A stretch of DNA of 59,399 bases, filler included. It is 3 parts of 3 records of this genome, joined end to end, with 100 filler letters (N's around TTAATTAATTAA, not from the genome) between each part and the next. Parts side by side here need not be neighbours in the genome. Positions count along the whole stretch, not along the records: positions 25,739 to 43,571 come from DRR723986_8511; positions 43,672 to 59,399 come from DRR723986_8514; 1 more part is not named here. One strand, 5' to 3'. Position 1 is the first letter of the stretch. Every line of letters starts with the position of its first letter. Positions 37,528-48,595 of the stretch are shown in pieces. The notes beneath the pieces are model-generated. The model searched no databases. It was not told where the DNA came from and saw only the letters and a list, made by a program, of their open reading frames with translations. A program made the translations under genes and the position numbers.

Positions 37528-37640
37528 TGAGATTCTCCTATAGCGTTTGGCAGGAGCCTAGCACCGGGAGACAGGAATGCTATGGATTGGGTGTACAAAT
37601 TTGGGAGGGGGGGGCGATTCCGGGTTTGTGGCCCGAAATG

Positions 37641-37669
37641 AAAAACGCCGCCCGATGAGGGGCGGCGTT
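37641..37669 (-). terminator. Intrinsic terminator of the desaturase gene
   Basis: AACGCCGCCC-N6-GGGCGGCGTT with a T-run on the minus strand. Confidence 0.7.
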
Positions 37670-37696
37670 GAGGTTGAATGACCTGTTGTGTGTAAC

Positions 37697-38734
37697 TTAG
37701 CCGTAGAGTGTACGGGCTTGGGCAAACGACATCAGGCGTTTTGTTTTTTCATCCCACAGATGCAGCCGCGCGTTGACCAGGCTTTCACCGATGGTCATGT
37801 GGTTGCTGGCATCGTTCAGCTCGGGTTGATCGCGCAGGACCTCGGTCAGGCGATAGAACGGGATGCGGCTGTACAGGTGGTGCACATGATGGATGCCGAT
37901 GTTGGCGCTGAACCATTGCAGAACGGCGGGCATCACGTAGTGCGAGCTGCCGTGCAGGGCCGAATCGTGCAATTGCCAGTCTTCTTCGTGATCCCAGTTG
38001 GTGTGTTCGAACTGGTGCTGAACGTAGAACAACCACATGCCAGCGGTGGCGGCCAGCAGGGTCGAAGGCAGGAAGATCAGAAAGATCGGAGCCAGTCCGC
38101 CAAAGTACCAGATGGTGACCAGTGCCACGACCAGTGTCAGGTTGGTGCCCATGGCGCTGACCCAGTATTTTGCTTTGTCCGTCACACCAAAGGGGATGCG
38201 GTTTTGCAGCAAAAACAAGTAGCTGGGCCCAAAGCCAAACAGAACAACGGGGTGGCGATACAGGCGATACATGATGCGGTCCCAGCGGGACATCGCGCGG
38301 TATTCTTCGACGGTGGCGGTGTGGATATCGCCCATGCCGCGTTTGTCGAGGTTGCCGGCGGCGCTGTGGTGCACCGAATGGGTGTGGCGCCAGACTGCGT
38401 AGGGGGTCAGCGTCAGAACGCCCAGAACCCGTCCGACCCAATCGCTGAGCGCGCGGCTTTTGAAGAACGCGCCGTGGCCGCAGTCGTGTTGGATGGTGAA
38501 CAGGCGCAGCAAGAACAGCGCGTTCAGAACGGAAATGCCAAAGGTCAGCCAGTAGCTGATGGACATCGACCACCACGCCAGTCCCCAGAGCAGTAGGAAC
38601 GGGCCAAAAGTGACGGCCAGTTCAAAAATACTGCGCAGCTGATTGGGTTCCCGATACTGGGCCAGAACCTTGACCCAATCACGAGGAGACATGGTGCCCG
38701 GTTTGATCCGGGGAAACTCGGAGTGTTGATTCAT
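37697..38734 (-). CDS. Membrane fatty acid desaturase
   Basis: Three His boxes (HDCGH, HSVHH, HHVHH) plus TM segments. Confidence 0.93.
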   Translation of the reverse strand: MNQHSEFPRIKPGTMSPRDWVKVLAQYREPNQLRSIFELAVTFGPFLLLWGLAWWSMSISYWLTFGISVLNALFLLRLFTIQHDCGHGAFFKSRALSDWVGRVLGVLTLTPYAVWRHTHSVHHSAAGNLDKRGMGDIHTATVEEYRAMSRWDRIMYRLYRHPVVLFGFGPSYLFLLQNRIPFGVTDKAKYWVSAMGTNLTLVVALVTIWYFGGLAPIFLIFLPSTLLAATAGMWLFYVQHQFEHTNWDHEEDWQLHDSALHGSSHYVMPAVLQWFSANIGIHHVHHLYSRIPFYRLTEVLRDQPELNDASNHMTIGESLVNARLHLWDEKTKRLMSFAQARTLYG

Positions 38735-38936
38735 GCGCCTGCTTTATCTCGTTTTCACAGGTTCGGATAAACGATCAGCCCAACATAGCAAGTTAAATTT
38801 GAAGATTTGGGTGCCATAAACTTGGGACTATTGCGCGCAGGGAACGGCCATGCGCGCGGTTTGAGCGGGGGATCGCCGAGTGTTGATTGGCTGGGGGATG
38901 AATTGAAGTTTCACATTGAAACTTGGTCGGGCACTC

Positions 38937-39248
38937 CTAAACGCTGCCGGCGGTTTCGATCACCAGAACCCGTGCCGGGCCTTGGGGGTGGGCAACGTGC
39001 TCATCTCCGTCTTGGGCGTGGAAGATGTCGCCGGGGGAGAGGGGGTGATGTGTGACGTGACCATTCTGACGGCAGTGCATGGTGATATGGCCATCCAGCA
39101 CCACGAACACCTCGGCGCCGTCGTTGATATGCCATTTATAGGGCTGGTCGGTCCAATGCAGTCGGATGGTGGCGCTGCCGATCTGTTCGATATCCAGTGC
39201 CTCCCACGCTGTTGTGCCGGTAAAGGATGTTGGGTTGATGATGCGCAT
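38937..39248 (-). CDS. Cupin domain protein
   Basis: WHINDGAEVFVVLDG and GDEHVAHP motifs; ATG 39248 after GAGG. Confidence 0.85.
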   Translation of the reverse strand: MRIINPTSFTGTTAWEALDIEQIGSATIRLHWTDQPYKWHINDGAEVFVVLDGHITMHCRQNGHVTHHPLSPGDIFHAQDGDEHVAHPQGPARVLVIETAGSV

Positions 39249-39347
39249 GGGGTACCTCTGATGTTCTGAGGGGTTTAGCACCCTTGGCTGACAGTCGACA
39301 TTTGCGATTCGTCGGAAAGCACCTGCGTTTGAAAGGATCTGCACTGC

Positions 39348-39767
39348 ATGACGTTGGATCGCACGAATTTGCATATTCTGGCCCTGTTGGAGCAGAACGC
39401 GCGTCTGAGCAGTGCCGCCATCGGGCGCGAAGTCGGGTTGTCGCGCCCCGCCGTGCAGGATCGCATTGCCAAACTGGAACGCGATCAGGTGATTACGGGA
39501 TATCGGGCTGAGATCAGCCGCGAAGCGGATCAATCGGTGCGCGCGGTGGTCTTTGTCCATATTGCCGAGCGTCCGTGCGGCCCGGCGCTCAGTTGGTTGG
39601 CGGGTCTGCGCGGTGTGCAATCGGTGGTGTCGCTGGCGGGTGAATATGATGCGGTGGTGCAGGTGGCGGTGGCCTCGACCGAGGATTTGGCACGGCTGAA
39701 TGATACCATTGGGGCGCATCGGTTGATTGCCCGATCCAAGACGCAGATCGTTTTGCAGACGCTTTAA
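39348..39767 (+). CDS. Lrp/AsnC family transcriptional regulator
   Basis: LEQNAR..IGREVGLSRPAVQDRIAKLE HTH and AGEYD; divergent from the cupin gene. Confidence 0.92.
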   Translation: MTLDRTNLHILALLEQNARLSSAAIGREVGLSRPAVQDRIAKLERDQVITGYRAEISREADQSVRAVVFVHIAERPCGPALSWLAGLRGVQSVVSLAGEYDAVVQVAVASTEDLARLNDTIGAHRLIARSKTQIVLQTL

Positions 39768-39867
39768 GGGGCGTTAAACTGCAAGAGGGGGCGTGTGAGG
39801 GTCCATGCAGGCTTGCGGGTCGCGAGCGTGCGCGGTAAATGCGGGCCTGACGCAGATGAGGGTTCCC

Positions 39868-40155
39868 ATGTCGATTGACCAAAGCACCGCCGCCAAGGTG
39901 GCCAAACTGGCCCGGATCAAGGTCGAGGATGACGCGCTTCCGGCGCTGGCCTCGGAATTTAATACGATCCTGGGGTTCATCGAGCAGCTGAACGAAGTGG
40001 ATGTTGAAGGGGTCGAACCGATGACCTCGGTCACGCCGCAGCGTTTGAAGCGCCGTGTTGACGTGGTGAATGACGGAAATCAGCAAGAGAAGGTGCTGAA
40101 AAACGCACCCGACGCCCGCGAAGGCTTTTTCGCGGTCCCGAAAGTGGTGGAATAA
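39868..40155 (+). CDS. gatC: Asp/Glu-tRNA amidotransferase subunit C
   Basis: VAKLARI, EQLNEVD.EGVEPMT and FFAVPKVVE motifs. Confidence 0.96.
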   Translation: MSIDQSTAAKVAKLARIKVEDDALPALASEFNTILGFIEQLNEVDVEGVEPMTSVTPQRLKRRVDVVNDGNQQEKVLKNAPDAREGFFAVPKVVE

Positions 40156-40158
40156 GAC

Positions 40159-41646
40159 ATGAGCGATCTGAACAAACTGGGCTTGGCCGAAGCACGCGAT
40201 CTGCTGCGTAAGGGCGAAACCACCAGCGTTGAGCTGACCGAATCTTGTCTGTCTGCAATTGATGCGGCGGATGCGTTGAACGCGTTTGTGCATAAGACAC
40301 CTGAAATTGCTCTGGAGCGCGCCAAGGCGGCGGATGCTCGCATTGCCGAGGGCGACGCACCCGCAATGTGTGGGTTGCCGATTGGTATCAAAGACCTGTT
40401 CTGCACCAAAGGTGTGCCGTCTCAGGCGGCCAGCCGGATTCTCGAAGGGTTCAAGCCCGAGTATGAATCGACCGTCAGCCAGAACTTGGCCGATGCGGGT
40501 GCGGTCATGTTGGGCAAGCTGAACATGGATGAGTTCGCGATGGGCTCGTCGAACGAAACCAGTGCGTATGGCAATGCGATCAGCCCATGGCGGCGGGATG
40601 GCGACACGGCGGATATCACGCCGGGTGGGTCGTCCGGTGGCTCTGCCTCGGCTGTGTCTGCGGATTTGTGTCTGGCGGCAACTGGGACGGATACGGGCGG
40701 GTCTATTCGTCAGCCTGCGGCGTTTACTGGTATCACTGGCATCAAGCCGACCTATGGCCGCTGTTCGCGTTGGGGCGTTGTCGCCTTTGCCAGTTCTCTG
40801 GATCAGGCCGGTCCGATGACCAAGAACGTGCGTGACGCGGCGATCATGCTGGAAGCGATGTGCAGCCACGATCCCAAGGATTCGACCAGCGCCGATCTGG
40901 CGGTGCCGAATTTTGAGGCGATGTTGACCGGTGACATCAAGGGCAAGAAAATCGGTATCCCCAAAGAATACCGTATGGACGGTATGCCCGGTGAGATCGA
41001 AAAGCTGTGGGCCGAAGGCGCGGAAATGCTCAAGGCGGCGGGGGCCGAGATCGTTGATATCAGCCTGCCACACACCAAATACGCTCTGCCTGCCTATTAC
41101 GTGATCGCACCGGCTGAGGCGTCGTCGAATCTGGCGCGCTATGACGGTGTGCGTTATGGCCACCGCGCGACGTTGGAAGCCGGCGATGGCATCACCGAGA
41201 TGTACGAAAAAACCCGTGCACAGGGCTTTGGCACCGAAGTGCAGCGCCGTGTGATGGTTGGGACATATGTTTTGTCGGCTGGTTTCTATGACGCCTATTA
41301 CAACCGCGCCCGCAAAGTGCGCACGCTGATCAAGAAAGATTTCGAAGATGTGTTTGCGGCGGGTGTAGATGCGATCCTGACCCCTGCGACGCCTTCGGCA
41401 GCCTTTGGTCTGGGTGAAATGACGGATGCGGATCCGGTGCAGATGTACCTGAATGACGTGTTCACCGTGACTGTGAACCTTGCTGGTTTGCCAGGTATTT
41501 CAGTCCCAACGGGTGTGAATGCACAGGGCTTGCCCTTGGGTCTGCAGCTGATCGGGCGTCCATGGGAAGAGGGCGATTTGCTGAACACCGCCTATGCGCT
41601 TGAGGGTGCAGCCGGGTTTGTAGCCAAACCCGGGAAATGGTGGTAA
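40159..41646 (+). CDS. gatA: Asp/Glu-tRNA amidotransferase subunit A
   Basis: [29 protein letters not shown] and [13 protein letters not shown] motifs. Confidence 0.97.
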   Translation: MSDLNKLGLAEARDLLRKGETTSVELTESCLSAIDAADALNAFVHKTPEIALERAKAADARIAEGDAPAMCGLPIGIKDLFCTKGVPSQAASRILEGFKPEYESTVSQNLADAGAVMLGKLNMDEFAMGSSNETSAYGNAISPWRRDGDTADITPGGSSGGSASAVSADLCLAATGTDTGGSIRQPAAFTGITGIKPTYGRCSRWGVVAFASSLDQAGPMTKNVRDAAIMLEAMCSHDPKDSTSADLAVPNFEAMLTGDIKGKKIGIPKEYRMDGMPGEIEKLWAEGAEMLKAAGAEIVDISLPHTKYALPAYYVIAPAEASSNLARYDGVRYGHRATLEAGDGITEMYEKTRAQGFGTEVQRRVMVGTYVLSAGFYDAYYNRARKVRTLIKKDFEDVFAAGVDAILTPATPSAAFGLGEMTDADPVQMYLNDVFTVTVNLAGLPGISVPTGVNAQGLPLGLQLIGRPWEEGDLLNTAYALEGAAGFVAKPGKWW

Positions 41647-41689
41647 CTCTCAACCCAAAGCAAGAGCAACAAACGGCAGGACGGCAGCC

Positions 41690-42502
41690 ATGCGCGCATA
41701 TTATCTGATCCCGGTTGTCGGGGTTTTGACAGCTTGTAGCCCGGCAATTCCGGATTCGGCTGCGGGGGTTGGGTTCAACTCTCCGCAGGAACAAGCCGCG
41801 CGCGAAGCCGCGCTGGCGGGACAGACCGTCACCGGGGATCCGCTGATCCCACCGTCGGCTGTTGCGTCAGAGACCTTGCCAGATTCGCAGCCTCTGACCG
41901 CGACCAGCACACAAACGGCTGCGGTTGAAAGCAGCACGTTGTTTGGCGGGTCTACATCGAGCGCGAGCAGCGCAGCCCCCGTTGCGACGGGAACATCTGA
42001 TGATATCGCGTTGGAAGCCGCGGCTGCTTTGGCAGCGTCTAACCAGAATTCAGGCGTTGCCCCACTTGAGGCGAGCCCGTCCAATCCGGCGCCGTCTCTG
42101 ATCAATAATCCCGGCATTTCTGACGAAAACGATTTCGCGGCGGTGTCGAGCCGTCAGTCGATCGAAAGCGATGCGGAGCGGATCGCCCGCATTCAGGAGC
42201 AGCGGCAGATCATCACGCCGACGGCTGTGCCCGAACGCAGCGGATCGGCGCAGCCAAATATCGTGTCCTATGCGTTGGAAACCACACATCCTATCGGGAC
42301 CAGTGTGTACACCCGCGCCGGGTTCAACCTGCGGGCCAAGTCCGAGCGCAACTGTCGGGCCTATGCCTCGGCTGATCAGGCGCAGCAGGCGTTTTTGGAT
42401 AGCGGCGGGCCACGCAAGGATCGCAAGGCTCTGGACCCCGATGGGGATGGTTATGCCTGTGGCTGGAATCCAGCGACATTCCGCAGTGCAATCAAGCAAT
42501 AA
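41690..42502 (+). CDS. Lipoprotein with C-terminal Excalibur-like Ca-binding motif
   Basis: Lipobox LTAC, A/S/P-rich linker, C...AQ...LDPDGDGYAC. Confidence 0.8.
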   Translation: MRAYYLIPVVGVLTACSPAIPDSAAGVGFNSPQEQAAREAALAGQTVTGDPLIPPSAVASETLPDSQPLTATSTQTAAVESSTLFGGSTSSASSAAPVATGTSDDIALEAAAALAASNQNSGVAPLEASPSNPAPSLINNPGISDENDFAAVSSRQSIESDAERIARIQEQRQIITPTAVPERSGSAQPNIVSYALETTHPIGTSVYTRAGFNLRAKSERNCRAYASADQAQQAFLDSGGPRKDRKALDPDGDGYACGWNPATFRSAIKQ

Positions 42503-42512
42503 GGTGGATCGG

Positions 42513-43172
42513 GTGATTTGGCACCCGTCGCCTAATTTTGGCCCGCGCCGGGATGGTTTACTGCCATCGCTGGTGGTTCTTCATTATACGGCTATGAACA
42601 GTGCTGAGGCGGCTTTGGCGCGGCTCTGCGATCCGGATGTTGAAGTGTCTGCACATTATCTGATCGGCTCTGATGGCACAGTGTGGCAGATGGTTGATGA
42701 AGCGCAGCGCGCGTGGCATGCGGGCGCGGGTGAATGGGCCGGGCAGGGGGATGTGAATTCACGCTCGGTCGGCATCGAGTTGGATAATCGGGGCGGCCAT
42801 CCCTTTGCTGAGCGGCAGATGGCGGCGTTGGAAAGCCTTTTGCCACAAATTATGACCCGGTGGGATATTCCTGCGGAAGGGGTCATTGGACATTCTGATA
42901 TGGCGCCCGGGCGCAAGTTTGATCCCGGGTGCCGGTTTGACTGGCAGCGATTGGAGCGACAAGGACTGGCTGGTGGGCGCGGTCAGGGCGATTGTCCGCA
43001 AGAGGCGCAATGGAGCGCTTTTCGTGCTTTGGCGCGAGAGGGTGGGTTCACTGCTGAAGTTGATGATGCAACGCTGCTGACTGCTGTGCGGTTGCGGTAT
43101 CGTCCTGGCGCGCGCGGCCCTTTGGTGCCTGAGGATTTTTCTCCGCTCGGGCATGCGGCGCTTGGGACTTGA
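42513..43172 (+). CDS. N-acetylmuramoyl-L-alanine amidase (Amidase_2, AmpD/AmiD-like)
   Basis: SPNF, VLHYT, VSAHY, RAWHAG, SVGIEL and GHSD.APGRKFDPG; GTG start approximate. Confidence 0.92.
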   Translation: MIWHPSPNFGPRRDGLLPSLVVLHYTAMNSAEAALARLCDPDVEVSAHYLIGSDGTVWQMVDEAQRAWHAGAGEWAGQGDVNSRSVGIELDNRGGHPFAERQMAALESLLPQIMTRWDIPAEGVIGHSDMAPGRKFDPGCRFDWQRLERQGLAGGRGQGDCPQEAQWSAFRALAREGGFTAEVDDATLLTAVRLRYRPGARGPLVPEDFSPLGHAALGT

Positions 43173-43437
43173 TTTCTCTATACGTACGCCATCCCAGTAG
43201 CACTCCCGCCCGTCGGTCGCGCATCAAAGATGCCCGCCTCCGGTTGGGCTGGGCCGCCGCGCTACGCACGGCGGCGGGCGCTGCGCCACGTCCGGCGGGT
43301 TGAGGCCCGCATTGTCAGCCACAGTCGGGACCGCGCCGAGCCGATAGGCGAGGCGCTCGGCCCAAGGCCGCCAGCGTCCTCTGCGCAGCAGGGGGCAGCG
43401 CGGGCGCGGGAGCACCGCTCTCTTTTTCCTATACCCC

Positions 43438-43466
43438 TTGACGCCTCCCCATGCAGAGCATAACCC
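43438..43466 (+). promoter_or_regulatory. Sigma70 promoter of rnpB
   Basis: TTGACG-17 bp-TAACCC just upstream of the RNA; a -10 lacking the last T is common in alphaproteobacteria. Confidence 0.6.
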
Positions 43467-43474
43467 ACTGCCTG

Positions 43475-43571
43475 CGCGGAGGGCCGGATGGCCGCGTGAG
43501 GGGCAACCCTTGCGAGGAAAGTCCGGACTCCACATGACAAAGGTGCCGGGTAACGCCCGGGCAGGGCAACC
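43475..43571 (+). ncRNA. rnpB: RNase P RNA class A, 5' part (truncated by contig end)
   Basis: GAGGAAAGTCCGGACTCC universal motif, preceded by GGCCGGATGGCCGCG and followed by GCCGGGTAACGCCCGG. Confidence 0.95.
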
Positions 43572-43671
43572 NNNNNNNNNNNNNNNNNNNNNNNNNNNNN
43601 NNNNNNNNNNNNNNNTTAATTAATTAANNNNNNNNNNNNNNNNNNNNNNNNNNNNNNNNNNNNNNNNNNNN
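43572..43671. other. Artificial contig spacer
   Basis: N44-TTAATTAATTAA-N44. Confidence 0.99.
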
Positions 43672-44715
43672 GTCGATCTTGAGCTTGTCGAGGAAGGGCA
43701 CGGCAAAGACAACGATCACACCGCCCACTGCACCAATCCACAGCGCGCCAAACAGGGTTGGGTCAAGCGGCCCGGCGGTGATGGAGACCAGACCGGCCAG
43801 CGCCCCATTGAGGACCATTGTCAGGTCAACCTTGCCATACATCATCTGCGTCAGGATCAGCGCGGCAACAGCGCCCGCTGCAGCGGCCATGTTGGTATTG
43901 GCGAAGATCTGCGCGACGGCATCGACATCTTCGAGCGTGCCCATGGCCAGCTGTGATGCGCCGTTAAACCCGAACCAGCCCATCCAGAGGATGAAAGTGC
44001 CCAAGGTGGCCAGCGCCAGATTGGAGCCCGGCAGCGGGATCACACGGCCTTCTTTGCTGTATTTGCCCAGACGTGGTCCGAGGATGATGGCACCGGCCAG
44101 TGCGGCAAAGCCACCGGCGGCATGTACGAGGGTCGAGCCGGCAAAATCGCTAAAGCCCATGGCGCTCAGGAAGCCGCCGCCCCACTGCCAGCTGGCTTCG
44201 ATCGGGTAGATGATGCCGGTCAGGACAACCACGAAGATCAGGAAGGGCCACAGTTTGACCCGTTCAGCCATGGTGCCAGACACGATGGAAGCCGTTGTGG
44301 CGCAGAACATCAACTGAAAGAAGAAATCAGACGCGTTGGAATAGCCGCCTGCATCTATGTCTGTCTTGATGTCTTTGGGCGAAACGGTGCCGAATACCCC
44401 TTCGATGATCCAATTGCCATCGCCGGGATACATGATGTTGTAGCCGATCAGCCAGTACATGATGGCGGCAATGCCAAACAGGCCCATGTTCTTGGTCAAC
44501 TGCGTGGTCACGTTCTTGGAGCGGACAAGCCCGGCTTCGAGCATGGCAAAGCCTGCGGCCATCCAGAACACCAGAAAGCCGCCAATGAGGAACAGCAGGG
44601 TGTTAAAGATGAAGGTGGTTTGTGCGAGGCTGGCAAATTCGGCCTCTTGAGCGGCGCCCAATGTGGGCACCAGCGCAATCGCGGCGGCCAGCGGTAGATA
44701 TTTGATCTTGGTCAT
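43672..44715 (-). CDS. amtB: Ammonium transporter, 3' end truncated
   Basis: GFAMLEAG, FFFQLMF, DFAGSTLVH, WFGFNG and NGALAGLVSIT motifs. Confidence 0.95.
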
Positions 44716-44745
44716 GGATGGGGTTCCTTTTGATCAGGGAGGAGA

Positions 44746-45084
44746 TCAGATGGCGTCTTCGCCGGTTTCACCGGTGCGCACGCGCATTGTTTGGTTGACG
44801 TCGAGAACAAAGATTTTGCCGTCGCCAATTTTGCCCGTGCGGGCGGAGGTCGAGATCACCTCGACGATCTGGTCGGCCATGTTGTCAGCGACGACCAGTT
44901 CCAGTTTTACTTTGGGGACAAAATTCACGACGTATTCGGCGCCGCGGTAGATTTCGGTATGGCCTGACTGTGCGCCAAAGCCTTTGACTTCTGTGACCAT
45001 CAAACCGCGAATGCCTGCTTCGGTCAGCGCTTCGCGGACCTGTTCCAGTTTGAATGGTTTGATCGTTGCAATGATGAGTTTCAC
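44746..45084 (-). CDS. glnK: P-II nitrogen regulator
   Basis: 112 aa from [20 protein letters not shown] and [11 protein letters not shown]; directly upstream of amtB. Confidence 0.96.
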   Translation of the reverse strand: MKLIIATIKPFKLEQVREALTEAGIRGLMVTEVKGFGAQSGHTEIYRGAEYVVNFVPKVKLELVVADNMADQIVEVISTSARTGKIGDGKIFVLDVNQTMRVRTGETGEDAI

Positions 45085-45202
45085 CTTATGGCCCTCTTCC
45101 GGTTGGCAGGGTTGCCCTGCATTGTGCAGGTGCAGAAAATCGGAACAGGTGGCGGTAATGGAAGGAGTCGGAGGTGAATCCGGGGATGGAATCGCCCGGA
45201 AG

Positions 45203-45248
45203 CGCCCAAAATTTGTGCGCCAGCGACATGTTGCCCAAAAAGAGGGCG
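45203..45248. promoter_or_regulatory. Tandem NtrC-like binding sites upstream of glnK-amtB
   Basis: CGCCCAAAATTTGTGCG (45203-45219) and TGCCCAAAAAGAGGGCG (45232-45248) fit GCMC-N7(AT-rich)-GKGC. Confidence 0.65.
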
Positions 45249-45338
45249 AAAATTTGATGTTCAATAGAGGTGACGGCGCTAAACAATCAGGTGCTGCCAA
45301 GGTAGAGTGTGAAAAAAACAGGCCGGGCAGGCAACGAA

Positions 45339-47552
45339 ATGAGTGACCAATCCAAGCGCAAACGCCCGTTGGTGGCGGACAAACGCTATCCGAGCAAGGG
45401 CAAGGCCGCGGCGAAAAAGCCGGCCAAGAAACCTGCGCCGAAGAAACCTGCAACCAAACGCAAGGCCGCGCCCAAGCGCGCCAAACGGGGCGGGATCACC
45501 GGATTGTTCTCGGCCTTGTTCCGGTGGGTTTTCCGGCTGATCTGGAAAATCACCTGGCGGATCACCGCTGTTGTGGTTTTGGTGCTGTCTTTGGCTGTCG
45601 GCTATTTCTACACCACATTGCCGCCGCTTGAGGCGCTGCTGGATGGCCGGGCGCGTGGGTCGGTGACCATGCAGGACCGCTACGGCGATGTCTTTGCATG
45701 GCGCGGCGATCAGTTTGGCGGCGTGGTGACCGCAGACAGCGTGTCGCGGCATCTGAAAAATGCGGTGATCGCGACCGAGGACAAACGCTTTTATCGTCAT
45801 TTCGGGATCAGCCCGCGCGGCATCGCCTCTGCGGTGCGCATCAACCTCAGTGAGGGGCGCGGCCCCTTGCAGGGTCATGGCGGCTCAACCATCACCCAGC
45901 AGGTTGCGAAACTTTTGTGTCTGGGCGAGCCGTTTGACCCGAACGCGGGGCTGACCGAAAAGGAATATGAATCCGCCTGCCGCCGGACGTCTTTGCAACG
46001 CAAGGCGAAAGAGGCGCTGTTCTCCATGGCGATGGAGGTGAAATACACCAAGAACGATATCCTCTCTATCTATCTGAACCGCGCCTATATGGGGGGCGGT
46101 GCATTTGGTGCCGAAGCGGCGGCGCAGCGGTTCTTTGGCAAACCCGCGGCAGCGGTGAATGCGGCGGAGGGCGCGATGCTGGCCGGGCTTTTGACGGCGC
46201 CGACAACGCTTTCGCCCACCAACAATCTGGACCGGTCGCAAAGCCGTGCCGCCACTGTGATCCGGCTGATGCGCGAACAAGGCTATCTGACTGAGGCCGA
46301 GGCGGCACAGGCGCAGGCCAATCCGGCAGAATTGTCCGAGGCGGCAGAGGCCAAGGCAGGTGGCTATTTCGCCGATTGGGTGATGTCGACCGGACCTGAA
46401 TTTTTCACCCGAAACACCACAGAAGATGTGATCATCAAGACAACTCTGGACCAGCGGATGCAAAGCGCTGCTGAGGAGGGGTTGAAATGGGTGTTCGAAA
46501 ATAAGGTGCGCAAGGGCTCAAAGGCGCAGGCGGCAATCATCGTGATGTCGGCGGATGGCGCTGTGCGTGCGATGGTGGGCGGGCGCAAGACCAAGGTTGC
46601 GGGTGCCTTCAATCGCGCCACGCAGGCGCTGCGCCAAACCGGGTCTGCGTTCAAACCGTTTGTCTATGCGGCCGCATTGGATCTTGGCTATTCGCCCAAT
46701 GATCTGATCGACGATTCGCCATTTTGCATGACGATCCCCGGATCGGGCGAATGGTGCCCCAAGAACTACACCAAGCGGTTTGAAGGCATGGTCACAATGA
46801 CACAGGCCTTGAAGGATTCGCTGAATGTTCCGGCGGTGAAAATTTCCGAAAGCGTTGGTCGTGATCTGGTCAGCCAGGTCGCCAGCCAATTTGGCATTCA
46901 AAGTGATCTTGCCGCTGGTCCGGCTTTGGCGCTGGGCGCATCAGAAAGCACCTTGATCGAGATGGCAGGCGCCTATGCAGGCATTCTCAATGGCGGCTCT
47001 TCGGTGACACCCTATGGTCTGGTCGAACTGCGGTTGCAGGGGGATGAAGAGCCGTTGATGGGCACCGGCGGCGGGATCGGCGAACGTGTCATTCAGGAAA
47101 GCGCGGCGCGGCAGCTGGTCTATATGATGGAGAAGGTCATTTCCGAAGGGTCCGGGCAACGGGGGCAATTCGGCGGGCGGCAACTGGCGGGCAAGACCGG
47201 CACCACATCGGCAGCCAAGGACGCATGGTTCATTGGGTTCTCCGCCGACTATGTTGCCGGGGTCTGGATGGGCTATGACGACAACACTCCGCTGTCCGGC
47301 GTGACGGGCGGGGGCCTGCCCACTGATATTTGGCGCGAGGTGATGAGCCGGGTGCATGAGGGGTTGCCGCTTAAGGATCTGCCGATGTCGGCGCCAGCAC
47401 CGCTGAGCGATTTTTCGGATGAGGGCCAAGATGGCCAGAACACAGGCAATGGTGGTGGGTCCGGCACGGTGATCGACCAAATCCTGAACGAGATTTTCGG
47501 GTCAAGCGGTTCTGGCTCCTCTGCTCCCAACCCGGAGGGTGGCGACAGATAG
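45339..47552 (+). CDS. Class A penicillin-binding protein (PBP1A family)
   Basis: EDKRFY.H.G and GGSTITQQ (transglycosylase); GSAFKP, SLN and GKTGT (transpeptidase). Confidence 0.95.
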   Translation: MSDQSKRKRPLVADKRYPSKGKAAAKKPAKKPAPKKPATKRKAAPKRAKRGGITGLFSALFRWVFRLIWKITWRITAVVVLVLSLAVGYFYTTLPPLEALLDGRARGSVTMQDRYGDVFAWRGDQFGGVVTADSVSRHLKNAVIATEDKRFYRHFGISPRGIASAVRINLSEGRGPLQGHGGSTITQQVAKLLCLGEPFDPNAGLTEKEYESACRRTSLQRKAKEALFSMAMEVKYTKNDILSIYLNRAYMGGGAFGAEAAAQRFFGKPAAAVNAAEGAMLAGLLTAPTTLSPTNNLDRSQSRAATVIRLMREQGYLTEAEAAQAQANPAELSEAAEAKAGGYFADWVMSTGPEFFTRNTTEDVIIKTTLDQRMQSAAEEGLKWVFENKVRKGSKAQAAIIVMSADGAVRAMVGGRKTKVAGAFNRATQALRQTGSAFKPFVYAAALDLGYSPNDLIDDSPFCMTIPGSGEWCPKNYTKRFEGMVTMTQALKDSLNVPAVKISESVGRDLVSQVASQFGIQSDLAAGPALALGASESTLIEMAGAYAGILNGGSSVTPYGLVELRLQGDEEPLMGTGGGIGERVIQESAARQLVYMMEKVISEGSGQRGQFGGRQLAGKTGTTSAAKDAWFIGFSADYVAGVWMGYDDNTPLSGVTGGGLPTDIWREVMSRVHEGLPLKDLPMSAPAPLSDFSDEGQDGQNTGNGGGSGTVIDQILNEIFGSSGSGSSAPNPEGGDR

Positions 47553-47653
47553 TGTGGCACGCATTCTGAATGTTGATGGTATGGCGCACATTCATTCATT
47601 TTCGTTTGACTGGAGTATGTGTCAACTTCGCCTGATACATTGAAAGGCGTAAC

Positions 47654-48502
47654 ATGACCCCCTTACATATCTCCTCCTTCTCTCAGGGTGACAGCGGCGG
47701 CAATCCGGCGGGAGTGGTGATTGCTGATCAGCTTCCGACCTCTGCAGAAATGCAGCAAATCGCGGCTGATCTGGGCTATTCCGAAACCGTATTTGCCACC
47801 CCGGATGCCGAGGCTTGGAAGGTGCGTTATTACGCGCCGGTGGGAGAAGTGGCGTTTTGCGGTCATGCCACAATCGCACTGGGCGCAGCCTTGGGCCGCC
47901 AGAACGGGGCAGGCACCTATGAGCTGCATTTGCGCGATGATGACATCACGGTAGACGCAATGCAGGTCGGCACGGATTGGCATGCGGCATTACAATCCCC
48001 GAACACATGGTCCAAACCGATGGCGGATGACCTGTTGTTGGCTTTGCTGAGCTATTTTGGTCTTGATCGGGATGATCTGGATCCTGCTTTTCCGCCCACA
48101 CTTGGCTTTGGCGGTGTGCGGCATGGGATATTGGCGTTGAAGGACCGCGCGACATTGGCGGAAATGTCCTATCCGTTTGAGGCGATGCAGGCGCTGATGC
48201 ATGATCATGAACTGGTCACGGTCAGCCTGCTGCATTTTCGCGGCCCACGAGACATTGTGTCCCGCAATGCCTTTGCCAGCGGCGGTGTGGTCGAAGATCC
48301 CGCAACAGGCGCAGCGGCGGCGGCGCTTGGGGGTGCCTTGGTGGATCTGAACTGGGACGGTCTGCAAGACGGGGGCCAGTTTGTGATCGCGCAGGGTCAG
48401 GATATGGGCATGCCATCTGAACTGACGGTCGAAGTGTCCGGGGTGCCCGGCGCATCTGTCCGGGTCAGCGGCGCGGCCCGCTGGATGGCTTTCGGAGAAT
48501 AG
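47654..48502 (+). CDS. PhzF family isomerase/epimerase
   Basis: GGNPAGV, YSETVF, EVAFCGHAT, EDPATGAA and QGQDMG motifs. Confidence 0.93.
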   Translation: MTPLHISSFSQGDSGGNPAGVVIADQLPTSAEMQQIAADLGYSETVFATPDAEAWKVRYYAPVGEVAFCGHATIALGAALGRQNGAGTYELHLRDDDITVDAMQVGTDWHAALQSPNTWSKPMADDLLLALLSYFGLDRDDLDPAFPPTLGFGGVRHGILALKDRATLAEMSYPFEAMQALMHDHELVTVSLLHFRGPRDIVSRNAFASGGVVEDPATGAAAAALGGALVDLNWDGLQDGGQFVIAQGQDMGMPSELTVEVSGVPGASVRVSGAARWMAFGE

Positions 48503-48595
48503 CAGCAACAAGATATTAAACACCCTGTGGTCAAATCCCACGTCCCGCCCCGGTGCTGCGCCGGGGCGCGGGCGGTTAAGGTCGGGGTCTGCCAA

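Noticed and set aside
39589-41163. Long antisense ORFs (this 524-aa one; also 34069..35184, 37688..38596, 49136..49969, 56075..56908)
   Set aside because: Shadows of real genes caused by high-GC codon bias; no motifs.
39868-41646. gatCA without gatB
   Set aside because: gatB is commonly unlinked in this group.
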